The notes under the pieces: generated by a model | Seen by the model: the letters and a program-made list of their open reading frames with translations, nothing else | What the model was told of the DNA's origin: nothing | Database searches by the model: none | Made by a program: the position numbers and the translations under genes | Shown here: positions 1-9,165 of the stretch, piece after piece | Numbering within the stretch: the stretch's first letter is position 1 | Layout of the letters: each line of letters opens with the position of its first letter | From: Desulfurococcales archaeon | Lineage (GTDB): Archaea > Thermoproteota > Thermoprotei_A > Sulfolobales > NBVN01 | Assembly: GCA_027023255.1 (NCBI GenBank) | Contig: JALVVU010000066.1 | Span: 1-49,279, forward strand | Direction: 5' to 3' | DNA: 49,279 nt

Positions 1-495
1 CCGGAGGACATGGTTTACGTGCCTTTCGATATGGAGCCCCAGAAATCATTAACGGGTAAGAAGGCGTCGATGGAATGGAGGATGCATAAGTACATATACC
101 AAGCTCTCCCTGAGGTTAACGCCATAATACATACGCATAATCCCTTCACGCTGGCACTATACTCTGCCGGGTTAAGCGTGAACCCTGAAGACTATATCGA
201 GGCTTACTCCATAGGGAAGTGCGTCGCGACAATCCCCTACATACCTCCAGGGAGTGAGGAACTCGCTAAGGCGGTCGCGAACGCCGTGAGGAAGTGCAGA
301 GTCGTGGTGCTACTTGGTCACGGGGTAGTTGCCGCGGCAAGAACCCTCTACCAAGCGTTGGACGCTGTTGAAGCCCTCAACGATATCTGCATGGCTGAAG
401 CGCTAAAGCATGTGATAACCTCCTCCGAGAAGGCCAGGATGATTGGGAGGGAGTTCATGCAGGGGACAGGCAAGTATAGGAAGGTCACGCCTTAA
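1..495 (+). CDS. Class II aldolase/adducin-family protein (fuculose-1-phosphate aldolase-like), 5' end cut by window edge
   Basis: Frame 1 is open from nt 1. The translation IIHTHNPFTLAL...LLGHGVVAA resembles the metal-binding core of FucA/AraD-type aldolases. Only about 164 C-terminal residues are present. Confidence 0.8.
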   Translation, partial: PEDMVYVPFDMEPQKSLTGKKASMEWRMHKYIYQALPEVNAIIHTHNPFTLALYSAGLSVNPEDYIEAYSIGKCVATIPYIPPGSEELAKAVANAVRKCRVVVLLGHGVVAAARTLYQALDAVEALNDICMAEALKHVITSSEKARMIGREFMQGTGKYRKVTP

Positions 496-1667
496 TGCAG
501 GAAGTTAAGGAAGCCAATAACCAGTAATACTATCGTCGCTATGACGGTCCCTCCTTGAATTAAGTGGTTAACCCATGATGGGGCACGTCCTTTCAGAGCC
601 TCACTGACGAGCCTACCGCCGTCCGAGATGTAAAGGGGTGCGGCGTTGATCATGCTTAAGGAGATGTTAACTATACTTAACCAGAATAGGAACCTAGCGC
701 TGTAGAGGGCTAAGGCCGGGGTTTTCCAGGAAGGTAGGTCAGCGATGTATATCCCTATTTTCTCGTTCGCCGGTTTATGAATAACGAACACTTGGGTATG
801 GTTCTCCACAGGCTTAACTAGCTCTCCTCCTATGACCTCTGCCCTAACGACTTCAAACACGAGCGTAGCGTTCCTCGGGTATATGGGGGCGAGGAATTGC
901 TGTAGCTTCTGAATCGAGTCTATCCTAGTCCCGTTGATTGAGACTATAATGCTTGGTGCCGGTAGCCCGGCCTTAACCGCCGGGGCCTCCGGATTATTCA
1001 CGAGTGAAACAATTGTTAGCTCGGTCGTTATCTGCGCTGACACCACGGGCATTAACCCCATAGCTATGAGGAATAGGACAGTATTCGCCAGCACCCCAGC
1101 AGTGAGGACTGCGGCTTTCGCCTTAAGCGACGCCTTCTCGAAGTCCTCCTCACTCGGACGTACGTAAGCCAAAGGGAATATAATGAACAAACCCACCCCC
1201 CATGCCTCAACACGCCAGCCCTCAGCGTAAGCTACTATGGCGTGCATTAGCTCGTGGGCTGCGACACCAATCGAGAGGGCTAGCAGAATGTAGAGGAAGG
1301 ACCTCAGGCCTATGGTCACGCCAGGTATTATGGGTACGAACGGCGATGAAGCTTGCGCCGCACCATGAACGAATAGCGAGGATATTATGCGACATATTGC
1401 GGGGAGCACCTGCCAGTAGAAGAGTGCGAGGACAACGGCGAAGTTCACGAGTCCGGCAATGAGGACGCCCATCCTGAAGGCACGGGATTCGCTTAGCCGC
1501 TTGAACCTCGGCACCTTACCCATATCAACAAGTATCATGAGCGGCATCACATTAACGCCGCGTTTCCTAAGCCTCTCCGCCGTACCAGGCTTCAGCATTA
1601 CTGTGAGCGATACCGCAACCTCGGCAACGATGATCGCTATCATCACCGCGTACGCAGGATCTAGCAT
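492..1667 (-). CDS. Site-2 protease family (M50) membrane metalloprotease with PDZ-like insert
   Basis: HExxH zinc site (AAHELMHAIVA), multiple hydrophobic helices and a PDZ-like segment (NNPEAPAVKAGLPAPSIIVSINGTRI). Confidence 0.85.
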   Translation of the reverse strand: MLDPAYAVMIAIIVAEVAVSLTVMLKPGTAERLRKRGVNVMPLMILVDMGKVPRFKRLSESRAFRMGVLIAGLVNFAVVLALFYWQVLPAICRIISSLFVHGAAQASSPFVPIIPGVTIGLRSFLYILLALSIGVAAHELMHAIVAYAEGWRVEAWGVGLFIIFPLAYVRPSEEDFEKASLKAKAAVLTAGVLANTVLFLIAMGLMPVVSAQITTELTIVSLVNNPEAPAVKAGLPAPSIIVSINGTRIDSIQKLQQFLAPIYPRNATLVFEVVRAEVIGGELVKPVENHTQVFVIHKPANEKIGIYIADLPSWKTPALALYSARFLFWLSIVNISLSMINAAPLYISDGGRLVSEALKGRAPSWVNHLIQGGTVIATIVLLVIGFLNFLH

Positions 1668-1769
1668 TAAGTTAGCCCCTCACCTACACTAGCGGTAGCG
1701 TTAATTAATTTACAGGTGGAACGCAATGACTTATAAGGTAGCCTCGATAACGTGAATGGTTGATAAGGA

Positions 1770-2030
1770 ATGTCAAGAAGGAAGAGAGGAAATGACAATA
1801 CAGCGGTCGGCATACTCGTGCTTGCTGTGCTAATGGTGATAGCCATAGCGCTAGGTTGGTATGGCCTACAAATAGAGGAAGCAGGCAAGACAACGTCAAC
1901 ACCTACATCAACACAGACAACACCCACCACCCCATCAACAACGCCAACCCCAACTAACACAACAAGCCAGCTATTCACAGTGGTTAACATGACTACAACT
2001 ACCTCCGCAACAAATACTAGCACTAGCTAA
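1770..2030 (+). CDS. Small membrane-anchored Thr/Pro-rich protein, possibly type IV pilin-like (class III signal peptide-like N-terminus)
   Basis: MSRRKRG followed by a roughly 22-aa hydrophobic helix, then a T/P/S/N-rich tail. A TTATAA box lies at 1731-1736. The competing antisense ORF 1667-2023 translates to a V/G repeat that looks like a mirror artefact. Confidence 0.5.
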   Translation: MSRRKRGNDNTAVGILVLAVLMVIAIALGWYGLQIEEAGKTTSTPTSTQTTPTTPSTTPTPTNTTSQLFTVVNMTTTTSATNTSTS

Positions 2031-2171
2031 TCCCTCCGGCAGGGCGGTAAGGGGCCTCAAGCCGCGCCGTAATGAAGCCGAGGGTGACTGTAAACGGCCC
2101 TAAATTACCTTAAATGCCCACTCTCGGGTGAATGGTGAGCCCGCCCTTAACTTAGTTTGAGCTTCACTAAC

Positions 2172-2912
2172 TCACAGGTCCTTACGGGTCCCCCGGCAGG
2201 GGTTCTTAATACGTCCCTCGTAATCCGAGAGTTCACCGACGTAGTAATCTAGATTGAGGAGGAAATCCCTGAAGGCGTGTATGGGGACTATAAATGATCC
2301 GTTAACGTATCCCCGCACGCTCCCAGTAAGGGCCACTATTACGGGCACCACCCACTTGGCTTTAGCTAGGATCCTAGCCCCTTTCCTGAGTTCCGCGCAC
2401 TCACTACACATTAGCTCTACCTTAGCTCTATGGGATTTCGCTACCTCCCTCAACTTCCATGATTTGCTGTAGCCCGGCGACCAGTGCTTGCAGTCAATCG
2501 CTAAGGAATAACCGGATACCGCATCAACTGCTAATACATCGATCTCGAACCTACGGCTCCGAAGCCTGACGGACCTCACCCCCTCGAACCCTGACCTACT
2601 CAAGTACTCAAGCACTAACTCCTCGAAATCCCTCCAGTCGAGTAGGGCCGCTACTCTGAATGGATCTGCCCCCAGCTCCATCGCCTTCAGGGCTACCGGA
2701 ACTAATGACTTAAGGCAATACTTACCGTCAAGACCCACGTAGAACGTGTCGAAGGACTTCATCATGTTAAGCGAAACCTGCCCTCCTTCATCGGGGTCGA
2801 CGCACCTGCCCCTCCTGGACAGCGTCTCTATTAACTCGACGAGCTTACGGAAATCATCAGAAAACCCCCTAGGGCTCGTCACCGATCCGAGATCACCTCC
2901 CTCATCATCCAC
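2172..2912 (-). CDS. Restriction-endonuclease-fold (Mrr_cat-like, PD-(D/E)xK) protein
   Basis: WRDFEELVLEYLSRSGFEGV...FEIDVLAVD...LAIDCKHW follows the Mrr catalytic-domain pattern (W..FE..v...l...Gf / D / (D/E)xK). Confidence 0.6.
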   Translation of the reverse strand: MDDEGGDLGSVTSPRGFSDDFRKLVELIETLSRRGRCVDPDEGGQVSLNMMKSFDTFYVGLDGKYCLKSLVPVALKAMELGADPFRVAALLDWRDFEELVLEYLSRSGFEGVRSVRLRSRRFEIDVLAVDAVSGYSLAIDCKHWSPGYSKSWKLREVAKSHRAKVELMCSECAELRKGARILAKAKWVVPVIVALTGSVRGYVNGSFIVPIHAFRDFLLNLDYYVGELSDYEGRIKNPCRGTRKDL

Positions 2913-2983
2913 GAAGTTCGATTCACTGGTTCCTTAAAATGAGTTTTTAACACTCCCATCATTTAGAGAGAAGCTAAGCTTAT

Positions 2984-3619
2984 ATGCTTAGGAGGCAGTG
3001 GTTAGGGAGGGACTGGGTGCAGGTATTCAGGGAATCGTATGCCGCTATATCGAGATTCATTATGAATGCTTTAGACCGCATATCAGATAATGAGATAAAG
3101 CAATTAGTCGATACTCTCGTCAACGCATACAACGACGGTAAGAAGGTTCTCGTCATAGGTGCTGGCCGCTCAGGCCTCGTGGGCAGGGCATTCGCGATGA
3201 GGCTAATGCACTTGGGCTTTAACGTTTACGTGTTAGGGGAGACGATCGTTCCTGCCCTACACCCGGGTGACGTAGTTATCGCGATATCTGGTTCTGGGCG
3301 TACGAAGCTCGTCGTTACGGCGGCTGAGGTGGCGAAGTCCGTTGGCGCGACGGTCGTGTCGCTGACTACGTTCCCTGAGTCACCGCTTGGGAAGCTTTCA
3401 GACCTGATAGTGCAGATACCGGGTAGGACTAAGGTGAGTTCGGAGGACGACTACAACGTTAGGCAGCTCATCGGTATTTACGAACCCCTAGCACCTCTCG
3501 GAACGCTCTTCGAGATAACCACGATGGTCATTCTTGACTCCGTGGTCTCCGAACTCATGATGAGGCTAGGGAAGACCGAGGAGGATCTTAAGAAGAGACA
3601 CGCTAACATCGAAATATGA
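2984..3619 (+). CDS. phi: 6-phospho-3-hexuloisomerase (SIS domain)
   Basis: [29 protein letters not shown]...ISGSGRT...KKRHANIEI closely parallels archaeal PHI (MJ1247-type) along its whole length. Confidence 0.9.
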   Translation: MLRRQWLGRDWVQVFRESYAAISRFIMNALDRISDNEIKQLVDTLVNAYNDGKKVLVIGAGRSGLVGRAFAMRLMHLGFNVYVLGETIVPALHPGDVVIAISGSGRTKLVVTAAEVAKSVGATVVSLTTFPESPLGKLSDLIVQIPGRTKVSSEDDYNVRQLIGIYEPLAPLGTLFEITTMVILDSVVSELMMRLGKTEEDLKKRHANIEI

Positions 3620-3638
3620 TAACGGGGAACTGACTGGT

Positions 3639-4040
3639 ATGAGCACTAACTTAAGTGGTGAGGCTCCAGGGAAGCTGAGGTCCTACGGGGATTCTCTACG
3701 TCTGTTCAACGAGGCCGTAGACCTCCTATCGAAGGTTAAGGATGATAACTGGAGGGAGATCATGGGGGAAGTGCTGAGGAAGTTACTGCAGGCTCTAATA
3801 CTGCTTAAGGGAGGGGGTTTCCGACCCCCTTCAGACCTCACGTACTTAGCTGCCCAGGCGTTGGAGGTAGGCGCCATAGACGATAAGCTATTCGCGTTAA
3901 TTGTCGAGGCTAACTTAACGCTAAACAACTACTCGCGCTCAGGAAAGAACTTCGTCATCATGGTTGCGTCCGCCCTGCTTGAGAGAGCTGCTCAGCTTGA
4001 CCCATACTTAAGCCAGCAGATGCTTTTATTCAGATACTAG
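3639..4040 (+). CDS. Hypothetical all-helical protein (HEPN-like helix pattern but no Rx4-6H motif)
   Basis: 133-aa ORF starting 19 nt after PHI on the same strand. The sequence looks helical, contains no histidine at all and shows no motif I recognise. Confidence 0.5.
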   Translation: MSTNLSGEAPGKLRSYGDSLRLFNEAVDLLSKVKDDNWREIMGEVLRKLLQALILLKGGGFRPPSDLTYLAAQALEVGAIDDKLFALIVEANLTLNNYSRSGKNFVIMVASALLERAAQLDPYLSQQMLLFRY

Positions 4041-4055
4041 CCACCTTATACCATA

Positions 4056-4125
4056 GGCAGTGATGACTAATTAATGAGCAGTCCCGACCGCTGAGTTCGT
4101 GAGGAGGCGGTGGCTGTCTGAGCCC
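4056..4125 (+). ncRNA. Candidate C/D-box sRNA
   Basis: C box GUGAUGA 4060-4066, D' CUGA 4091-4094, C' GUGAGGA 4099-4105, an exactly 12-nt spacer 4106-4117 and D box CUGA 4118-4121. GGC (4056-4058) can pair with GCC (4122-4124) as a terminal stem. It lies in a convergent intergenic gap. Weakness: the C-to-D' spacer is 24 nt instead of about 12. Confidence 0.4.
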
Positions 4126-4809
4126 TTACTTACTGCCCCTAACTATTGCTTCAACAACCTTCGTTACTTCAGACACGTGTATGGCGTCGCGCGGCGGTCT
4201 CTTCCCCAGCATTTCCTTCGGTAGTGGGTCGCTACAGTACATCGCCTCACTCACGACGCCGAAGAACTCCTGGGGAGGTAGGATCGCGGCCGCCCTAACC
4301 TCGCCTTTCTTAATGTTTAGTATGTTAGTAACTATGGTTAACCCAAACTTCTCCGTCCCAGCCTTAGTCACGTAGAGTCTCTCCGCCTCAGGATGCCTCA
4401 TCACGGAAACAACCTCCACCGCCACAATATCCACGGCGTTCTCGGGCAGGTTCTCCTCCCCTAAAGCCAGCCTTGCCCTCAGGTTGAGTAGCTGGAGTAG
4501 GGAGTACTTTATCTCGGCTAGGAGGAACCTCGACCTACCCTCAACCCTAACCCCCTTAGGCGGGAGGAGCTCTGTCGAGAGCTTGCGGGCGACCTCCGTC
4601 AGCTTAGATAGTGGCTCGTACTTAAGGAGGTACTGAAGCGGTAGGTATGAGTGCTTGATCGCTTGAAGGTATCCGTTCACCTCACGCAGAAGGTCAAGAA
4701 CTTTATTCTTATGTATCGGGTAACTCAGCGACCACGACTTAACCCTCTTGTCGAGCCTCCGCAGAGCATCCTCCGCAAGTAATATGCGGTAATCCTTTGA
4801 GGTATCCAA
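4126..4809 (-). CDS. tRNA-binding (Trbp111/CsaA/EMAP-type OB-fold) domain protein with helical N-terminal domain
   Basis: The C-terminal half, VVSVMRHPEAERLYVTKAGTEKFGLTIVTNILNIKKGEVRAAAILPPQEFFGVVSEAMYC, matches the tRNA-binding OB-fold pattern. Confidence 0.75.
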   Translation of the reverse strand: MDTSKDYRILLAEDALRRLDKRVKSWSLSYPIHKNKVLDLLREVNGYLQAIKHSYLPLQYLLKYEPLSKLTEVARKLSTELLPPKGVRVEGRSRFLLAEIKYSLLQLLNLRARLALGEENLPENAVDIVAVEVVSVMRHPEAERLYVTKAGTEKFGLTIVTNILNIKKGEVRAAAILPPQEFFGVVSEAMYCSDPLPKEMLGKRPPRDAIHVSEVTKVVEAIVRGSK

Positions 4810-4906
4810 TACCGCACCCCAAGATTAAACTGCCCAGCGATTATATTGAGTTATGTTACTGCAGGGCATGCCGCGTTAACCGTTTTAGCTCACATTCATA
4901 AACTCA

Positions 4907-5671
4907 ATGATAATACAACATGCTAAGGTGTGGGCAATGCAACCAAATCGCAAGGCCGCATTTGAGGTCACGTCATCGAGAACTAGGGAGATAGCACTGC
5001 TTAACCTAGTGATTAATGGTGTGGAGTCCATCATCGCTGAGTATGGGTGTGGGTCCGTAGGCGTTGAGCTTCCTGAAGCCTCCAGCGGCAGGCTAATGGT
5101 GTACTGCAGCAGCTGCGAGGAATTCCCGGAGGAGGGCTTCGAACTAGATCAGGCCGTAGAATACGGCTTGATTAAGGAGTACGAGTTCATCCCGGGTAAG
5201 GGAGGGCGGGGACTTCGGGAGCTGTACAGGAGGGTACGGGAACTCATTGCTAAGGAGGTGACGTCCACGCTCGCACCCTACGCCCTGAAGTGCGCGTTAA
5301 CTGAAGTGGAGTATATGCTGGTGATCCTGCAGAATGGTTCAGCCGCCCTCCTCGAGGGGGAGCAGGACAGAGTAGTGATCCCCAATATCAAGGCGTCCCT
5401 GAGCGCGCATACTCATCCCAGAGGATGCACTCCCTCACCGCACGACATGAAGAGCCTTATTAACCTGCTTTTCGAGGGCGGACTAGGCTCAGCAATAATA
5501 TCCACGGAGTGCGGACTCCTAATAGTAAGAGACGGGCCATTCACAGAGGACGACCTACTGGCACTGTCTAAATTACGTGACAGTCTCAGCGGGAGAGACA
5601 TCGAACCGCTTAGGAAAGCCCTCCGGGAAGGACGCGTGGGCCCCAACTTAATGGTTGCGTTAATCTCGTAA
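4907..5671 (+). CDS. JAB/MPN+ (JAMM) metalloprotease-like protein with unknown N-terminal domain
   Basis: E-x(n)-HTHPRGCTPSPHD (nt 5408-5446) matches the JAMM E...HxH...S-x-x-D signature, with 6 rather than 7 residues between HxH and Ser. About 125 aa upstream are unassigned. Confidence 0.65.
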   Translation: MIIQHAKVWAMQPNRKAAFEVTSSRTREIALLNLVINGVESIIAEYGCGSVGVELPEASSGRLMVYCSSCEEFPEEGFELDQAVEYGLIKEYEFIPGKGGRGLRELYRRVRELIAKEVTSTLAPYALKCALTEVEYMLVILQNGSAALLEGEQDRVVIPNIKASLSAHTHPRGCTPSPHDMKSLINLLFEGGLGSAIISTECGLLIVRDGPFTEDDLLALSKLRDSLSGRDIEPLRKALREGRVGPNLMVALIS

Positions 5672-6442
5672 CTTAGGAGACCCCGCGCAACAGAATCTTG
5701 CGATCGTGTTAATCACTGCCTTGAACGCATCATCCGTTGCTCGAGCCTTATACCTCCTTAGAACTTCCCTTAGCTCCGTCTTCAAGCGCTCGGGGTCCTT
5801 ACAGCACTCCCTACCGAAGGCTGACCTGTAAATGAACCATGAGCACACCCTGCATACGTTACAGGGTGCCTCACTAAGGGAGGCGCTCTCATAGTCAATC
5901 ACCCTCACCTTCCCGTCCCTCGTTACTAAGACGTGTTCCCTAAGCAGTGAGAGTTCCTTATGGTCAACACCCACGAGGTCTAAGTACCTCGCAGCCCCAA
6001 GCACCTTTAGAACCAGCGGTAAAGCACTACCACAACCCTCCATTATGACTTTATCCATAACCTCACCGATGGGGGCACCGTCAACGTACTCCATTATAAT
6101 GAAGTCATCCTCACAACGATACACCTTAGGCGCTATTGGATGTGCAGCCCTCATGACCTCACACTCAAGCCTGAGTGAGTCCCTCTTGGAGTCGGTACGC
6201 CTCACCTTGATGGCGACGGTTAGGGAGGGCTTAAGCACCGCCTTAATAACCACTGATGCGTGTCCCTTCCCCAACACCCTTAAGCCCCCTATGTCCTCCC
6301 TCCCCTCGCTTAGCAGGGTTAACACGCCAGCATTAACTAATCTCTCAACCCTAATTCGGACGCAGTCTTCACCAGGGTGGGGAAAGCATAGCACGTGCTT
6401 CCATTTATCCTTATCAATACTATTTAGAGTAGTATTAGCCAT
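5660..6442 (-). CDS. Predicted Ser/Thr protein kinase (RIO/Bud32-like fold, COG2112-like)
   Basis: Gly-loop LGKGHASVV, VAIK lysine, VDHKEL...VIDYESA catalytic/DFG-like segments and a Cys-rich C-terminus. Its 3' end overlaps the JAMM gene's 3' end by 12 nt (convergent). Confidence 0.65.
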   Translation of the reverse strand: MANTTLNSIDKDKWKHVLCFPHPGEDCVRIRVERLVNAGVLTLLSEGREDIGGLRVLGKGHASVVIKAVLKPSLTVAIKVRRTDSKRDSLRLECEVMRAAHPIAPKVYRCEDDFIIMEYVDGAPIGEVMDKVIMEGCGSALPLVLKVLGAARYLDLVGVDHKELSLLREHVLVTRDGKVRVIDYESASLSEAPCNVCRVCSWFIYRSAFGRECCKDPERLKTELREVLRRYKARATDDAFKAVINTIARFCCAGSPKLRD

Positions 6443-6570
6443 GACACCACATTACCCCTGATGGATATAACTGGTTAATACCTTAATTGCATTGCTTGCT
6501 AAAAACCTTCTTACTACGATGTGTTTTAGCATGAAGAGCTCTAGTATGTATTGATTAAAACAAGTAGAGC

Positions 6571-6600
6571 AAAGTATAAATTACTCGGCGTGATATATAC
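6571..6600 (+). promoter_or_regulatory. Putative gdhA promoter (two TATA-like boxes)
   Basis: AAAGTATAAATT (6571-6582) and GATATATAC (6592-6600) lie 35-60 nt upstream of ATG 6635. Confidence 0.3.
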
Positions 6601-6634
6601 TTGGTGCTTAATCGTGGCATCCTATCTAGAATGG

Positions 6635-7882
6635 ATGTTGAAAGTTCTCAGAGAAGCAGTAGATCTAGGCGGCATGCCTGAAGAAGTATATACAATGTTA
6701 AGCAAGCCCGACAGGATCCTCACCGTGAAGATACCTGTAAGGATGGACAACGGCAAGCTCGTGATCTTCGAGGGCTATAGGGTCCAACACAACAACGCCC
6801 TAGGTCCCTACAAGGGCGGCATCAGATTCCACCCCGAGGTCACCCTCGAAACCGACATCGCCCTTGCCACCGGTATGACCCTCAAGAACTCACTCGCAGG
6901 GATACCCTACGGCGGCGGTAAAGGCGCCGTCAGGTGCAACCCCAAGCAGATGAGCATGCGTGAGCTAGAGCAGCTCAGCAGGGGCTACGCTAGGGCCATA
7001 GCCCCCATAATCGGTCCTGAGAAGGACATCCCTGCACCCGACGTGAACACTAACCCGCAGATCATGATCTGGATGGTTGACGAGTTCAGCAAGCTTAAGG
7101 GCTACAACGTGCCCGGCGTGTTCACAGCTAAGCCACCAGAGCTCTGGGGCAACCCCGTCAGGATGTACTCCACAGGCTTCGGCGCTGTCGTCATTGCTAA
7201 GGAGGCTGCCGAGAGGTGGATGGACGGGTTTGAGGGTAAGAGGATAGCGATTCACGGCTTCGGCAACGCTGGTCAGTGGGCTGCTTACTGGGCCTCGAAG
7301 TGGGGAGCTAAGATCGTCGCCATTAGCGACACCTCAGGCGCTGTGTACGACCCGAACGGAATTGACGTGGAGCTAGCGATGAAGGTAAAGAACGAGACCA
7401 GGAAGGTCATCAACTACCCGAAGGGCGAGAAGATACCTGACCCCAGCGCCCCGCTATTCGTGGACTGCGACATCCTCATGCCCTCAGCCATTGAGAACGT
7501 GATAACTAAGGAGAACGTGAATAAGGTCAAGGCCAGGCTCATCGTCGAGCCAGCCAACGGCCCTGTAACGCCCGAGGCCGAGAAGATACTGTATCAGAGG
7601 AAGGACTTCATAGCGGACGTGCCCGACATCCTTGCCAACGCTGGCGGCGTAGTGATGTCCTACCTAGAGTGGGTCGAGAACCTGCAGTGGTACTTCTGGG
7701 ACGAGGAAGAGACGAGACAGAAGCTAGCTGCGATAATGAAGAGGAACTTCCACAAGACCGTGGACGGCTGGGAGAAGCTTAAGGCCAAGCACCCAGACAA
7801 GCTAATCACGATGAGGGACGCGGCCTTCGTAATCGCCGTAGACAGAGTCTATAGGGCTATGAAGCTAAGGGGCTGGATATAA
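6635..7882 (+). CDS. gdhA: Glutamate dehydrogenase
   Basis: Full-length match to the hexameric GDH pattern ([31 protein letters not shown]). ATG 6635 gives a typical 415-aa product; the TTG at 6551 in the ORF track is probably too far upstream. Confidence 0.95.
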   Translation: MLKVLREAVDLGGMPEEVYTMLSKPDRILTVKIPVRMDNGKLVIFEGYRVQHNNALGPYKGGIRFHPEVTLETDIALATGMTLKNSLAGIPYGGGKGAVRCNPKQMSMRELEQLSRGYARAIAPIIGPEKDIPAPDVNTNPQIMIWMVDEFSKLKGYNVPGVFTAKPPELWGNPVRMYSTGFGAVVIAKEAAERWMDGFEGKRIAIHGFGNAGQWAAYWASKWGAKIVAISDTSGAVYDPNGIDVELAMKVKNETRKVINYPKGEKIPDPSAPLFVDCDILMPSAIENVITKENVNKVKARLIVEPANGPVTPEAEKILYQRKDFIADVPDILANAGGVVMSYLEWVENLQWYFWDEEETRQKLAAIMKRNFHKTVDGWEKLKAKHPDKLITMRDAAFVIAVDRVYRAMKLRGWI

Positions 7883-8055
7883 CACGCTTAAAAGGAAATC
7901 CCTCAAAGCTTTTTCCAACTTCATACCACAACTTTCTTCGAATTTCAGCAATAGTAAAGTAACTAAATGCTTTGTATAGCAACGAACCCCTTCCCTAAGC
8001 AGTCCAGCCACGCGTAATGAAAAATAATTAATTCTTACCCCTACTTACTTAAAAG

Positions 8056-9165
8056 GTGGTGATAATGTACCGAAAATTCGCCAAGTTACTCACAGATTAC
8101 TGTACAGGCGTTAGGAAGGGAGACGAAGTCTTTATAAACGCCAGCTTCGCGGCGTATCCTCTCGTTAGGGAATTATGGCGAGCCGTCGTTGAGAGGGGAG
8201 GCTACCCGTTCTTTAACCCAAGGGATGATGTCCTAAGTGAAATATTCTACCGCTACGCTGATGAGGACTTACTGAGGCACTACTCGAAGATTGAGGAAAC
8301 CATTTACGAGCTAGGGGACGTGTTCATCTCGATAATATCGCCGACACACACGAAGCCCCTCGCGAGCGTAGATCCTGTTAAGATAAAGATTAGGTCGCAG
8401 GCCCGCAGGAAACTAACTGAGATATTCATGAAGAGGGATGCCGAAGGCAGCCTTAGGTGGGTTGCCACCGCCTACCCCACTAACGCGCTCGCGCAGGAAG
8501 CAGGTATGTCGCCCCTAGAATATGAGGAGTTCGTGTTCAAGGCCCTCAAACTGCATAAGGAGGACCCCATAGCGGAGTGGGTCAACCAGGCAGAATGGCA
8601 GGAAAGGATAGCGAACTTCCTCAATAAGGTCTCAGAACTACGCATAGTTTCAGAAGACACGGACCTAACGTTAAGAGTTGATGGGAGGATCTGGATAAAC
8701 GATGACGGGAAGAACAACATGCCGGGAGGCGAAGTATTCACGGGTCCTCACGAGGACTCCACCGAGGGGTATGTGACGTTCACGTACCCTGCCGTATGGC
8801 GCGGTGTTGAGGTTGAGGGCGTTAAGCTAGTCTTCAAGCGCGGAGCTGTGGTCGAGGCCCACGCGATTAAAGGTGAGGAATTCCTTAAACGAATGCTAGA
8901 GACTGATGAGGGTGCTAGAAGGTTAGGTGAGGCCGCCTTCGGCTTGAACTACGACATTAAGAGGTACACCAAGGAAATATTATTCGACGAGAAGATCGGC
9001 GGGACTATACACTTAGCGCTTGGAGCATCATACCCGAAAACAGGAGGAAAGAACGTCTCAGCAATACACTGGGACATGGTCAAGGACATGAGGAAGGGGA
9101 AGGTGTACGCTGACGGTGACCTAATATACGAGGGAGGTAAGTTCCTAGAGGATGTGATCTCATGA
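8056..9165 (+). CDS. ampS: Aminopeptidase, M29 (AmpS/PepS, thermophilic metalloprotease) family
   Basis: Length and pattern (NMPGGEVFTGP...EAAFGLN...GGTIHLALG) are typical of the M29 family. An alternative ATG start lies at 8065. Confidence 0.85.
   Translation: MVIMYRKFAKLLTDYCTGVRKGDEVFINASFAAYPLVRELWRAVVERGGYPFFNPRDDVLSEIFYRYADEDLLRHYSKIEETIYELGDVFISIISPTHTKPLASVDPVKIKIRSQARRKLTEIFMKRDAEGSLRWVATAYPTNALAQEAGMSPLEYEEFVFKALKLHKEDPIAEWVNQAEWQERIANFLNKVSELRIVSEDTDLTLRVDGRIWINDDGKNNMPGGEVFTGPHEDSTEGYVTFTYPAVWRGVEVEGVKLVFKRGAVVEAHAIKGEEFLKRMLETDEGARRLGEAAFGLNYDIKRYTKEILFDEKIGGTIHLALGASYPKTGGKNVSAIHWDMVKDMRKGKVYADGDLIYEGGKFLEDVIS

Noticed and set aside
1667-2023. 118-aa minus-strand ORF overlapping the Thr/Pro-rich small gene
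   Set aside because: The V/G-repeat translation (VVDGVVGVVCVDVGVDVV) is the complement of the ACN/CCN-rich coding tract. The plus-strand ORF has a start context, a TATA-like box and a plausible signal-anchor. Still uncertain.
1890-2030. CA-rich, quasi-repetitive DNA that could be taken for a microsatellite or degenerate repeat array
   Set aside because: It has no regular unit or spacer structure. It is simply the codon tract (ACN/CCN) for the Thr/Pro-rich tail.
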